Positions 9,553-18,451 of a stretch of DNA of 64,000 nt are shown here, piece by piece. The stretch comes from an uncultured Gammaproteobacteria bacterium (GTDB lineage Bacteria > Patescibacteriota > Microgenomatia > Levybacterales > UBA12049). Location of the stretch: NCBI GenBank assembly GCA_964474445.1, contig CAYYSJ010000002.1:183774-247773 (forward strand), in the 5' to 3' direction. How positions within the stretch are numbered: the first letter of the stretch is position 1; each line of letters begins with the position of its first letter. The notes beneath the pieces were generated by a model that was not told the origin of the DNA, made no database searches, and worked only from the letters and a program-made list of their open reading frames with translations. The position numbers were made by a program, and so were the translations under genes.

Positions 9553-10254
9553 TTATTGCCAAACGAGAAGAATAGCTTCGGCAATTTCTTTCATTGATTT
9601 TCTTTTATTCATTGATTCTGTTCTGATGATTTTAAATGCATCATCTTCATTAATATTTCTTACTTTCATTAAAACTCCTTTTGCTTTCTCAATAATTTTT
9701 CTCTCTTCCAATTTTTCTTCTAAGTCAGTTATTTTACTATCAACCACTGTCTTTGCAAAAACGGAGGAAATGATTTTTCCTATTGCTTCAACTACTTTTA
9801 TTTGTTGTTCTGAAAATTCATAAGGAACTTTATTCTGAAAATTCATGACTCCTACCACTCCTTGATTGTCAAGAATTGGAACAGAAAGAAATGCTTCATA
9901 TTTATCTTCTGGTAGTTCTTTAAAAAATTTAAAACGAGTGTCAAGAAAGGCTTGTTTGGCAATTGCAACGGTTTGTTTGTGTTGTGCTACCCAACCTGTA
10001 ATTCCTTCTCCAGGTTGCATACTAATATGCCCAACGATATCATTATGAGGTTGTTTAGAGGCAATAAGCGTAAACTGTTTTGACTGTTTATCGTAAAAAT
10101 AAATAAAGCATGAATCGACGGTAACAACGTCGTTTGCAATAGTCAGAAGTTTGTGTAAAAATTCCTGAAAGTCATATTGGTTAAAAACAACAATATCTGC
10201 AAGAAGATTAATGATGTCGGGCCAGGATGTTTTTGCTGATGGTCTGCTAAACAT
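9553..10254 (-). CDS. GAF-domain / ANTAR-domain RNA-binding antitermination regulator
   Basis: 233 aa. N-terminal GAF-like region (HNDIVGHISMQPGEGITGWVAQHKQ). C-terminal ANTAR consensus: EERKIIEKAKGVLMKVRNINEDDAFKIIRTESMNKRKSMKEIAEAILLV. Confidence 0.7.
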   Translation of the reverse strand: MFSRPSAKTSWPDIINLLADIVVFNQYDFQEFLHKLLTIANDVVTVDSCFIYFYDKQSKQFTLIASKQPHNDIVGHISMQPGEGITGWVAQHKQTVAIAKQAFLDTRFKFFKELPEDKYEAFLSVPILDNQGVVGVMNFQNKVPYEFSEQQIKVVEAIGKIISSVFAKTVVDSKITDLEEKLEERKIIEKAKGVLMKVRNINEDDAFKIIRTESMNKRKSMKEIAEAILLVWQ

Positions 10255-10306
10255 AAACTTTAGCGGAATATAGCATTTTTTCTCCTATTATGCAATGCGT
10301 CGTTTG

Positions 10307-11374
10307 CTAGTCGAAATATAGTTCTGGGTTTGCAGCAACATGATGCCAATCGACTCCTTCAGATCTAAAACAAGCGGCAGCGCCTATCATTGCAGCATTA
10401 TCCGTACAGAAAGATTTTTGGGGAACAAAAAGTTTTATATTTTGCATGTGATATTTTGTATTTAGTATTTCTCTAAAAGAGTTTCTTAGTGTTTCATTTG
10501 CAGATACTCCTCCGGACAGTAAAATAGACTTTACGTTATATGCTTCTGCAGCCTTGAGTGTTTTAGTAACTAGCACGTCAGTTATTGCATCTTGTACTCC
10601 ACGACAGATATCAGCAATAAGTTGGGGTTCAAGTTGTTTGTCTTTTTGCAATTTTGTTACTTCCCGCAAGACAGCAGTCTTGAGTCCAGAAAAAGAAAAA
10701 TCATATTCTGCATCATGAAGAAGAGGCCTTGGAAAGTGGAACGTTTTAGGATCACCTACTTTTGCAAGTTCTTCAATTTTCGGTCCAGCAGGGTAGGGTA
10801 GCTGAAGTAATCTTCCAATTTTGTCGAATGCTTCACCTGCTGCATCATCTCTTGTACCACCAAGCCAGGTAATATCCGTGTGACTCTTCATAAGAAGGAG
10901 GTCAGTATGTCCTCCAGAAACAATAAGTGCAATAAGAGGAAACAGAGGAGATAGTGTGTCTTGAGTTGTGCGTTGTATAGTATCTTTGATCCAATTAGCA
11001 TAGATATGTCCGAATAAGTGATTAACTGGTATGAGAGGTTTGTTCCACAGGAAGCTGAGTGTTCGTATTGTCTCTACACCAACAAGTAATGAGCCAATGA
11101 GACCAGGCCCGTAGGTAATAGCAATTGCATCGATATCCGGTGCCGTTGTTTTGGTAAAAGAAATGCCCGCCTTATCCAGCGCCTCTGCAATTACTGGTAC
11201 AACATATTGTATTTGATTTCGTGCTGCTGCTTCTGGAATAATGCCTCCAGTTTGTGCATGTATGTGCATTGATGTTGCAATAACATTTGAATGAACGGTG
11301 ATGCTATCACCTTGACGCTCAACAACAGCTGCTCCTGTTTCATCACACGATGTTTCAATAGCTAAAATTTTCAT
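10307..11374 (-). CDS. tsaD: tRNA N6-adenosine threonylcarbamoyltransferase TsaD (Kae1/YgjD family)
   Basis: 355 aa beginning MKILAIETSCDETGAAV. Two His metal-binding motif (NHLFGHIYANW), ASKHA-fold glycine motifs, full-length match to TsaD architecture. Confidence 0.9.
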   Translation of the reverse strand: MKILAIETSCDETGAAVVERQGDSITVHSNVIATSMHIHAQTGGIIPEAAARNQIQYVVPVIAEALDKAGISFTKTTAPDIDAIAITYGPGLIGSLLVGVETIRTLSFLWNKPLIPVNHLFGHIYANWIKDTIQRTTQDTLSPLFPLIALIVSGGHTDLLLMKSHTDITWLGGTRDDAAGEAFDKIGRLLQLPYPAGPKIEELAKVGDPKTFHFPRPLLHDAEYDFSFSGLKTAVLREVTKLQKDKQLEPQLIADICRGVQDAITDVLVTKTLKAAEAYNVKSILLSGGVSANETLRNSFREILNTKYHMQNIKLFVPQKSFCTDNAAMIGAAACFRSEGVDWHHVAANPELYFD

Positions 11375-11423
11375 AAAAAATAATTATTGATGAATTATAA
11401 CAAGTTTTGGGTAGAAATATTCC

Positions 11424-11888
11424 TTACAGATTTATCTGCACAGTATCGCCAATCTTTATATTATCTTTTTGTGCTTCTCCTGCATTAATTTCCAAAACAC
11501 CGTTTGCAGGTTGTGTTGGTTTTACTATGGTTGTATATGGGTCAGATGCAGGTTTGACGTTGGTATATACGGTAACAACTTTTCCGTTATTTGTATAAAT
11601 AATATCAAGGGGAAACTTCATACCCATCATCCAAAATGGGTAAAATGAGGGAGTAGTAAAGGGGAAATACATGCCATCCTCAGTAGGAAGTGAAGGTCGT
11701 CCTGACAATCCCTTTTGTTTTTGTGCTGTTGTGTTTGCAACCTCCACTTGAAATGTATGGGTATTAATTGTTACTGTTGATTGTTTATGTAAAAATGGAA
11801 TATATTGAGCACTTCCAAAAAAAAGAAATCCAACAAAAACAATAATTGCTAGAAGAATAAGGATAGTAATAACTCTCAATTTATCCAT
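11424..11888 (-). CDS. DUF192-domain protein (COG1430)
   Basis: 154 aa with an N-terminal TM anchor. DUF192-like block FPFWMMGMKFPLDIIYTNNGKVVTVY. Confidence 0.55.
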   Translation of the reverse strand: MDKLRVITILILLAIIVFVGFLFFGSAQYIPFLHKQSTVTINTHTFQVEVANTTAQKQKGLSGRPSLPTEDGMYFPFTTPSFYPFWMMGMKFPLDIIYTNNGKVVTVYTNVKPASDPYTTIVKPTQPANGVLEINAGEAQKDNIKIGDTVQINL

Positions 11889-11889
11889 A

Positions 11890-12375
11890 CTATAATTCTT
11901 TTACTAAAAGATCCAAAATGGTACTTGTTGAAATATTTTCTATTATTTTATTAACGTATACCACCTTTGATCCTGTTTCTTTTGCCTGTCTCTCTTTATG
12001 AAATGCATAGGGATCACCAAATGTGGTTGCAATTATAGCAGGTTGAAGAAGGTTTACAACGGTGTCATAATCTTTATCAGTCATTTTTGAAGGCAGCAAA
12101 ATGACATAATCGACAACTGACAAAGATGCAAGAAGATGGGCCCTTTGTTGTTGAGTATGAATTGGTCTGTCTACCCCTTTTTTTGCTTTTATTGCATCGT
12201 CTGATTCTAACATAACCATCAGAATATCTCCTTCTTCTTTTGCGTTTTCCAAAAGAGTGATATGACCAATATGTAGAATATCGAAACATCCTCCAGTCAG
12301 GACAATAGATTTTCCTTGTTGTCTTAGGTCATTATGTATTTTTTCTAGCTGATCAATTTTTAGAATTTTATCCAT
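11890..12375 (-). CDS. cytidylyltransferase-like nucleotidyltransferase (RfaE domain II / RibL / TagD-like)
   Basis: 161 aa with LTGGCFDILHIGHITLL (HxGH motif) and RPIHTQQQRAHLLASLSVVDYVIL, typical of this nucleotidyltransferase superfamily. Confidence 0.6.
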   Translation of the reverse strand: MDKILKIDQLEKIHNDLRQQGKSIVLTGGCFDILHIGHITLLENAKEEGDILMVMLESDDAIKAKKGVDRPIHTQQQRAHLLASLSVVDYVILLPSKMTDKDYDTVVNLLQPAIIATTFGDPYAFHKERQAKETGSKVVYVNKIIENISTSTILDLLVKEL

Positions 12376-12427
12376 ATTGCGAAATTCTAAATACTATAAA
12401 CTTCTCATAATCATTTTACTTTAAACG

Positions 12428-13870
12428 TTATTCTTTTGTTCCTACTAAATATACAGCTTGCCATGGACGGTAATTGGAAACATATGTGTCATTAATAATA
12501 GTTTTTCCATCTTTCTTAACTATTCGAGAGAAACTTACTCGTGCTCCTGCAGCTGCAAAATCAACCTGTTTTACTTGACCCTTCGAAAGTGTTGGATCAT
12601 CTTGGTATAAAGGAGTTGGAGCAGGTGACTCGTTTGTAACAACGGGAGTTGTCATTGTTACTTCTCTCCCGTCTTTTGTTCCATATAAGTAAAAAGAAAG
12701 ACGAAGTTCGGATGGATCAATAATGGTTTGGATAAGAATACTATGTCCGGTATCGTTTTTAAATCGTAAATCAATACTTGGGACGTATACTGTTGCGTCT
12801 ATTCCTGGTGGTCCGTCTTCTTCATAGTATCCTACTCGATAATCGTGTGCATGTCGTTCAGTTATCTCAAGTCCTGCATTTAATGCTGCTCTAAACAGCG
12901 TTGTTGAAACTTGGCAAATGCCTCCACCATCTCCAAGTACGGTATGACCGTTTTGAATGACATATGCTTGTTGATATCCGGTAAGAGAGGAAACATCACC
13001 AATTACTTTTGCAAAAGAAAATTCTTCGCCTGATCTCACAAGTGTCCCATTAATTCGCGTTGCACCAAGCGTTACATTATAAATTCTGCTGGAAATAGAA
13101 TGTTGAAAGAGTGAGGTTCCGTATCCAAGCAGTTCTTTAATACCTAAATTATTGACATCTCCCATTGCTATTTTTGGACGAATGATTTTCAGAGGAACAG
13201 GTATCGTGAGTGATTGTGGTTTATTCAATGCTGTAAGATAAGGAAGACGATTCTGAATACTTTTCCCAATGGCGTTAAAATCGGCATCTTGTCCATCTGA
13301 TGATGGTTTAAATGTTTTCACTTTTCCATTTTCAAATTGAAAAACAGCGTCGACGGGTGCTATATACAGTGTTTGCTCAAGAGAAGAGAGAAGATCACGT
13401 AGTTTTTTATCAGAATATGTAAAAGCAGGCGAAAGGTTAATACCATTTAAATATGCTTGAAATACGAGACTGATATTGGATAACAAATCACTTGATCTGC
13501 CTATGCTCATTGCCTGTTTAGCCAGTAAATCACTATCATATCCTGCTTCAATATCTTTTGCCGAAACAGTTGCAATTTGATCTCCTGTTATAATAGTAAA
13601 TGTACTTTCACCAATTTTTTTATTCTTTTGCTCAAAATAATTAAAAACATATAACTCACTTTTTCCACCAAAAAGTACTCCAGCTACACTGACTCCAGGG
13701 AAAACAGATCCTTGGTATATTCGTTGAAAAATAATGAAAGTGAAACTAAGTAAGAAAAAAAGTCCAAGAATTGCTCCAATACCAAACCAATAAAATGATT
13801 TCAGGTAGATCAAAAGGTATGTGTATTTACTAAAAAAGGATGCTGTTTGTGAAGGAGTGGTTTTTTTCAT
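12428..13870 (-). CDS. VanW-family protein
   Basis: 480 aa with an N-terminal TM helix. Characteristic VanW block GDGGGICQVSTTLFRAALNAGLEITER. Confidence 0.7.
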   Translation of the reverse strand: MKKTTPSQTASFFSKYTYLLIYLKSFYWFGIGAILGLFFLLSFTFIIFQRIYQGSVFPGVSVAGVLFGGKSELYVFNYFEQKNKKIGESTFTIITGDQIATVSAKDIEAGYDSDLLAKQAMSIGRSSDLLSNISLVFQAYLNGINLSPAFTYSDKKLRDLLSSLEQTLYIAPVDAVFQFENGKVKTFKPSSDGQDADFNAIGKSIQNRLPYLTALNKPQSLTIPVPLKIIRPKIAMGDVNNLGIKELLGYGTSLFQHSISSRIYNVTLGATRINGTLVRSGEEFSFAKVIGDVSSLTGYQQAYVIQNGHTVLGDGGGICQVSTTLFRAALNAGLEITERHAHDYRVGYYEEDGPPGIDATVYVPSIDLRFKNDTGHSILIQTIIDPSELRLSFYLYGTKDGREVTMTTPVVTNESPAPTPLYQDDPTLSKGQVKQVDFAAAGARVSFSRIVKKDGKTIINDTYVSNYRPWQAVYLVGTKE

Positions 13871-13906
13871 TGATTCGTCGTACCGACTATTATACTATGT
13901 ATATAT

Positions 13907-15913
13907 ATGGATGATAATGTACTATTTTCTTCACAAGATAAGAATCAGGGTCAGAATTTACCGAATGCGAGTACTCAAGGGAATGCCGTTATGCAACCTT
14001 CTGTACCCCAATCTCCTGTTCATGCTGTTCCTGTAGCTCAAACTCAAGCAGCAGGCACTCTTCAGCAGGTGAATACTCAGGGAATACCAGCAACACCTCC
14101 TGTTCAAAATCCTATTTCCCAGCAAGCGCAGCCTGGTTCCCTTTATCCGGCAAATGCTTCATCTACTGTAAATGGGACAGTTCCTCCAGCTCCAGATGCT
14201 TTCCAACAGGTCGTTCAAGGATCTTCCCCTCAACAACCTTTTGTACCCCAGTCTCAGCAGACTCCTCTTTTGCAAACAACCCAAGATACAACTGCTACTA
14301 ATCCTCGATTTTCATTAGAAGATTTGTATGGGTCTTCTCAACCTGATAGACCACAAAGTACTCCTCAACCTTCTCAGGTTTTGACAAGTAATCCTCCTCT
14401 GGGAGTTATCCCTTCAGAAATGACATCTCCATTGGGAAATATTCAAATGATGGAACCAGAATTTGTGCAGAAAGAACCGGCTCCCGTTGTTCAGAGTCCT
14501 TCACTAACAGTAAAAACAGAAGAGGCTACTGCTTCTGCAGAAGTTTCTCCACCTTCAGGATCTTCTACTCCTCCATCACATGCGGAAGCTTTAGGTGCAA
14601 ATAATGGAGGATTTCGTTTTCCACCAATAGTCCTGAAGGTTATAGGAGGACTTTTCCTTGCACTTATCGCTATTATTGTGCTCAGCAGTATTGCAGCGTT
14701 ATTTAAAGGAAAATCTTCAGATAAACAGGTAACACTTACTTATTGGGGTCTTTGGGAGGATAGTAATGTATTCCAAAGTATTGTCAATGATTTCCATCGA
14801 CAAAATCCAAATATCACAATTTCTTATGTCAAACAAGATCCTGAAAAATATGCAGATAGGTTATTGACCCGAATGCAGAATGGGACAGGCCCAGATATCT
14901 TCAGATTTCATAACACATGGGTAACTCCATTACAAAATGTATTGTTACCACTTCCATCAACAGTAATTGATAAAAATCAATTGCAGCAAAAGTATTTTCC
15001 AGTCGTGAGTAATGATCTGGTGAAAAATGGTGCAGTATATGGCCTTCCACTTGAAATGGATACTCTCGTTTTATATACAAATAGGGATATTTTTGATCAT
15101 GCTGGAGTAAAAGTTCCAACTACATGGGACGAATTTTTAACTGTTTCGAAGGGGTTAACAGTGAAAGACACTGATGGTCATATTAAAACAGCAGGAGCTG
15201 CAATCGGAACCTATGAAAATATAACACATGCGCCTGATATTATTTCACTTCTCTTGTTGCAAAATGGAGCAAACCTACAGAAACTGCAAAATTCTCAAAA
15301 TGCAATTGATGCTCTCACTTTTTATACGTCATTTGCAAAGAACGATGATAGGGTTTGGGATAACACACTTGATTCGTCTCTTATGGCTTTTAGTCGAGGG
15401 AAAGTAGGGATGTATTTTGGGTATTCGTATGATTACTTTGCTATAAAAGCTGCTGCACCCCAACTCAACGTTGAAGTTTATCCCGTCCCACATCTCCCAG
15501 GAAGAGATATGTCTATTGCCAGTTACTGGTCTGAAGGAGTATCTAGTAAAAGTAAACATCCAAAGGAAGCATTTCTTTTCCTGCAATATCTTGCTCAGAA
15601 AGATGTTATGGCAAAATTGTATACCGAAGAAGCAAAAACAAGAGCATTTGGTGAATTATATCCAAGAAGTGACTTGGCAAGTAACCTATCAACCGTTCCT
15701 CTTCTGACTCCTTTTGTGAATCAAGCAGGGAAAGCAGTTTCTTCTTTTTTTGCATCGGATACAAAATATGATAGCTTTAACGGTGGACTTAACCGTTATT
15801 TGGGAAATGCTGTAAACTCAATGCTGAATAATACATCTGCAGATTCTGCAATTGCAACGCTTGCTCAAGGCGTATCTCAGATATTTAATCAATATGCCAC
15901 GCCTTCACAATAA
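13907..15913 (+). CDS. ABC-transporter extracellular solute-binding protein (family 1) with long N-terminal Pro/Gln/Ser-rich disordered region and TM anchor
   Basis: 668 aa. Residues ~1-230 are low-complexity P/Q/S/T-rich, followed by the TM helix VLKVIGGLFLALIAIIVLSSIAALF. The remainder is a sugar-type SBP fold (TLTYWGLWEDSNVFQSIVNDFHRQNPNITISYVKQDPEKYADRL...). Confidence 0.65.
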   Translation: MDDNVLFSSQDKNQGQNLPNASTQGNAVMQPSVPQSPVHAVPVAQTQAAGTLQQVNTQGIPATPPVQNPISQQAQPGSLYPANASSTVNGTVPPAPDAFQQVVQGSSPQQPFVPQSQQTPLLQTTQDTTATNPRFSLEDLYGSSQPDRPQSTPQPSQVLTSNPPLGVIPSEMTSPLGNIQMMEPEFVQKEPAPVVQSPSLTVKTEEATASAEVSPPSGSSTPPSHAEALGANNGGFRFPPIVLKVIGGLFLALIAIIVLSSIAALFKGKSSDKQVTLTYWGLWEDSNVFQSIVNDFHRQNPNITISYVKQDPEKYADRLLTRMQNGTGPDIFRFHNTWVTPLQNVLLPLPSTVIDKNQLQQKYFPVVSNDLVKNGAVYGLPLEMDTLVLYTNRDIFDHAGVKVPTTWDEFLTVSKGLTVKDTDGHIKTAGAAIGTYENITHAPDIISLLLLQNGANLQKLQNSQNAIDALTFYTSFAKNDDRVWDNTLDSSLMAFSRGKVGMYFGYSYDYFAIKAAAPQLNVEVYPVPHLPGRDMSIASYWSEGVSSKSKHPKEAFLFLQYLAQKDVMAKLYTEEAKTRAFGELYPRSDLASNLSTVPLLTPFVNQAGKAVSSFFASDTKYDSFNGGLNRYLGNAVNSMLNNTSADSAIATLAQGVSQIFNQYATPSQ

Positions 15914-16772
15914 CCTGCATCGGTTGATTTTCTCAACACTTGCATATTTTGATATATTTGATTTCCCATTAACACAAGAGGAAATACGACAATTCTTGCA
16001 CGTTTCAAAAAAAATCCCGCAACAACATGTTGAAAAATCACTCATTACAATTCCCCACAAAACTGTAGACAATAACACATTCTATTTTCTACCAGGCAGA
16101 GAAGCAATTGTACAGGGAAGATATCACAAAACAAAAATAAGTGAGACTAAACTCCGCGAGATGTTGCCCATTATACAACTGCTTGGTTTTCTCCCAAGTA
16201 TTACATTTATTGGTCTTAGCGGATCAGTTGCAATGAAAAATGGCGGGATGGAAAGTGATGTTGATGTTTTTGTTATTACTCTTCCATATACGTTATGGCT
16301 TACACGATTAAGTATTTGGATACTGCTTGGGGTATTCTCAAAAAGACGACAAAGAACTAGTACTGGTCAAGATAGCATATGCGTCAATTTGCTTATGGAT
16401 AGAAATCACCTTCTTTTCCCACTAAAAAAACATGACCTTTATACTGCCCATGAAATTATGCAAGTTCTTCCAGTTGTGAATAAATACGGAACATATGAAT
16501 TATTTTTAGAAAAAAATGCATGGGTCATGAAATACCTTGCCAATAGCTATACAGTCAATAATTCTTTGTATAGTGTACCATTTTGGTTAACTTGTGTAAG
16601 CTTTTTGTGTATACCAGTAGAGAGAGTATGTATGTGGATTCAACTTTTTTACATGAGGAATCATAAAACAATAGAACAGACAACAGCAAAATTAATTGCT
16701 TTTCATCCATATAACTATCACGATACAATTATGAATGAATACAAAAAAAGATTACAAACATATGGATTATAA
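15894..16772 (+). CDS. nucleotidyltransferase-domain protein (Pol-beta superfamily), function unknown
   Basis: Minimal nucleotidyltransferase motif GSVAMKNGGMESDVDVFVIT (GS...DxD). The start is chosen at the ATG overlapping the stop of the upstream SBP gene; the track ORF from 15852 would overlap it by 60 nt. Confidence 0.45.
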   Translation: MPRLHNNLHRLIFSTLAYFDIFDFPLTQEEIRQFLHVSKKIPQQHVEKSLITIPHKTVDNNTFYFLPGREAIVQGRYHKTKISETKLREMLPIIQLLGFLPSITFIGLSGSVAMKNGGMESDVDVFVITLPYTLWLTRLSIWILLGVFSKRRQRTSTGQDSICVNLLMDRNHLLFPLKKHDLYTAHEIMQVLPVVNKYGTYELFLEKNAWVMKYLANSYTVNNSLYSVPFWLTCVSFLCIPVERVCMWIQLFYMRNHKTIEQTTAKLIAFHPYNYHDTIMNEYKKRLQTYGL

Positions 16773-17754
16773 AACTGTTATTTGTGGTGGTACATTTGAT
16801 AGATTGCATGAAGGGCATAAATATTTTCTTCGTACCATTTTTTCATTAGGAAAACGGGTTTTGATTGGTTTAACTTCGGATACTTATACTAGACAATACA
16901 AAAAGAATGTTCTTCCATTTCAGAAGAGACTTGAGGATTTAAAAACATTTTTGGCAGAAGAAGGTCTTCTGATTCGTGCAGAAATTTTTTCTATTCAGGA
17001 TGTATATGGAAAAGCCATTGATCCAACGCTTTCATTGGATGCAATTATGGTAACAGACTCAACAAAAAGTGGGGGCGAAGCAATCAATAAAAAAAGAAGA
17101 GAACTTGGTTTGGCAGAATTACCGCTTGTTAGTATTTCACTTTTTAAGAATCATAATCACCTTGTTCTTTCTTCGACAAAAATTAGAGAGGGTGTTATTG
17201 GAAGACATGGAGAAATATACATGGATGATAGATGGAAAAAGCATACTCTTATATTACCAGTTGAGCTTCGTGGTATTCTCCATAAACCGTTCCACACGTT
17301 GCTTACCGGTCCTATTCCAAATGAACTTGTTACCCATCCTCAAACAATTGTCACCGTAGGAGATGCAACGACAAAGCGATTGAATCATGAAGGTTTAAAG
17401 CAAGTATTGTCTGTAGTGGATTTCTCGGTTGAAAGAAAATCCTTATTTCATTCTGTTACAGAATTAGAATTCTCAGGAGAAGAGGAAGTTCTTACTGTTG
17501 CAAATCCTTCTGGTCATATCACTCCACAGGTATGGGAAGTTTTACAAAAAGCCATTCTTCTGAGTCAGCAGAAGCGAGTTATTGTTCAGGTGGATGGAGA
17601 AGAGGATTTACTTGTCATCCCTCTTATTCTCTTATTGCCATTGGGATGGAATCTGTTTTACGGACAACCGAAAGAGGGAGTTGTCTATGTGCCAATTACG
17701 GAAGAGGTAAAGGAGAGAGTTTACCAATATCTTATCCAATTCGTGCGCGAATGA
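16735..17754 (+). CDS. fusion of archaeal-type phosphopantetheine adenylyltransferase (cytidylyltransferase-like) with DUF359 (GTP-dependent dephospho-CoA kinase-like) domain
   Basis: N-terminal ~160 aa VICGGTFDRLHEGHKYFL...LIGLTSD matches archaeal PPAT (COG1019-type). C-terminal ~170 aa carries TVGDATTKRL and VIVQVDGEEDLLVIP, resembling DUF359/COG1909 proteins. The start may be the second ATG at 16762. Confidence 0.55.
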   Translation: MNTKKDYKHMDYKTVICGGTFDRLHEGHKYFLRTIFSLGKRVLIGLTSDTYTRQYKKNVLPFQKRLEDLKTFLAEEGLLIRAEIFSIQDVYGKAIDPTLSLDAIMVTDSTKSGGEAINKKRRELGLAELPLVSISLFKNHNHLVLSSTKIREGVIGRHGEIYMDDRWKKHTLILPVELRGILHKPFHTLLTGPIPNELVTHPQTIVTVGDATTKRLNHEGLKQVLSVVDFSVERKSLFHSVTELEFSGEEEVLTVANPSGHITPQVWEVLQKAILLSQQKRVIVQVDGEEDLLVIPLILLLPLGWNLFYGQPKEGVVYVPITEEVKERVYQYLIQFVRE

Positions 17755-17819
17755 TTACTCCAGGTTATTGACAAAAAAGCTTAGCTCAGATACTATTCTT
17801 TAAGTTAAGAAAATCAGTC

Positions 17820-17852
17820 TCCCTCTCGTCATGTGAGGGATTTTCTTTAAAA
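17820..17852 (+). terminator. hairpin + T-run between the PPAT-fusion gene and greA
   Basis: TCCCTCtcgtcatgtGAGGGA followed by TTTTCTTT. Confidence 0.35.
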
Positions 17853-17857
17853 GATAT

Positions 17858-18316
17858 ATGGATAAAAAAATATACTTAACACAAGAAGGATTGGATGAAT
17901 TACAGCAGGAATATCAAGATTTAACAAAGGTCAAGAGACCAGAGGTCTTGGAAAGACTTTCTCAGGCTCGAAATCAAGGTGATTTGTCAGAAAATGCTGA
18001 ATATACAGCTGCACGAGATGAACTATCTTTTATTGATGGAAGGATCGATGAATTGGAGGAACTTCTCAAGCAGGTCTCTCTTATTCAAGATAGTGGGAAA
18101 GGTTCTGTTGCATTGGGTTCTAAAGTCACCTTAAAGGTTGGAGCTCGAGAAGATGTCTATACTGTTGTTGGAGAATGGGAAGCAGATCCAGCAGAAAAGA
18201 AAATTTCTCATGAATCTCCTCTTGGAAAAGCACTCCTTGGTAAGTCACAAGGTGAACAAGTTGAAGTAGATGCTCCAGCAGGTAAAGTCCTCTATACAGT
18301 AGTTGCTGTTAAATAA
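17858..18316 (+). CDS. greA: transcription elongation factor GreA
   Basis: 152 aa. N-terminal coiled-coil with DLSENAEYTAARDE, C-terminal FKBP-like domain, full-length GreA match. Confidence 0.9.
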   Translation: MDKKIYLTQEGLDELQQEYQDLTKVKRPEVLERLSQARNQGDLSENAEYTAARDELSFIDGRIDELEELLKQVSLIQDSGKGSVALGSKVTLKVGAREDVYTVVGEWEADPAEKKISHESPLGKALLGKSQGEQVEVDAPAGKVLYTVVAVK

Positions 18317-18451
18317 GTTCCCCCCGTCGCTAACTTTCGTAAGCAGTTTAAATTGTATATCGTTTTTTGTTAAATATCTAACATTTTGCATTGTTTTGTT
18401 GATTTTTTTGTAAAAATTGACCATTGCTTTCTCCTCTGCTACTCTCGTCTT

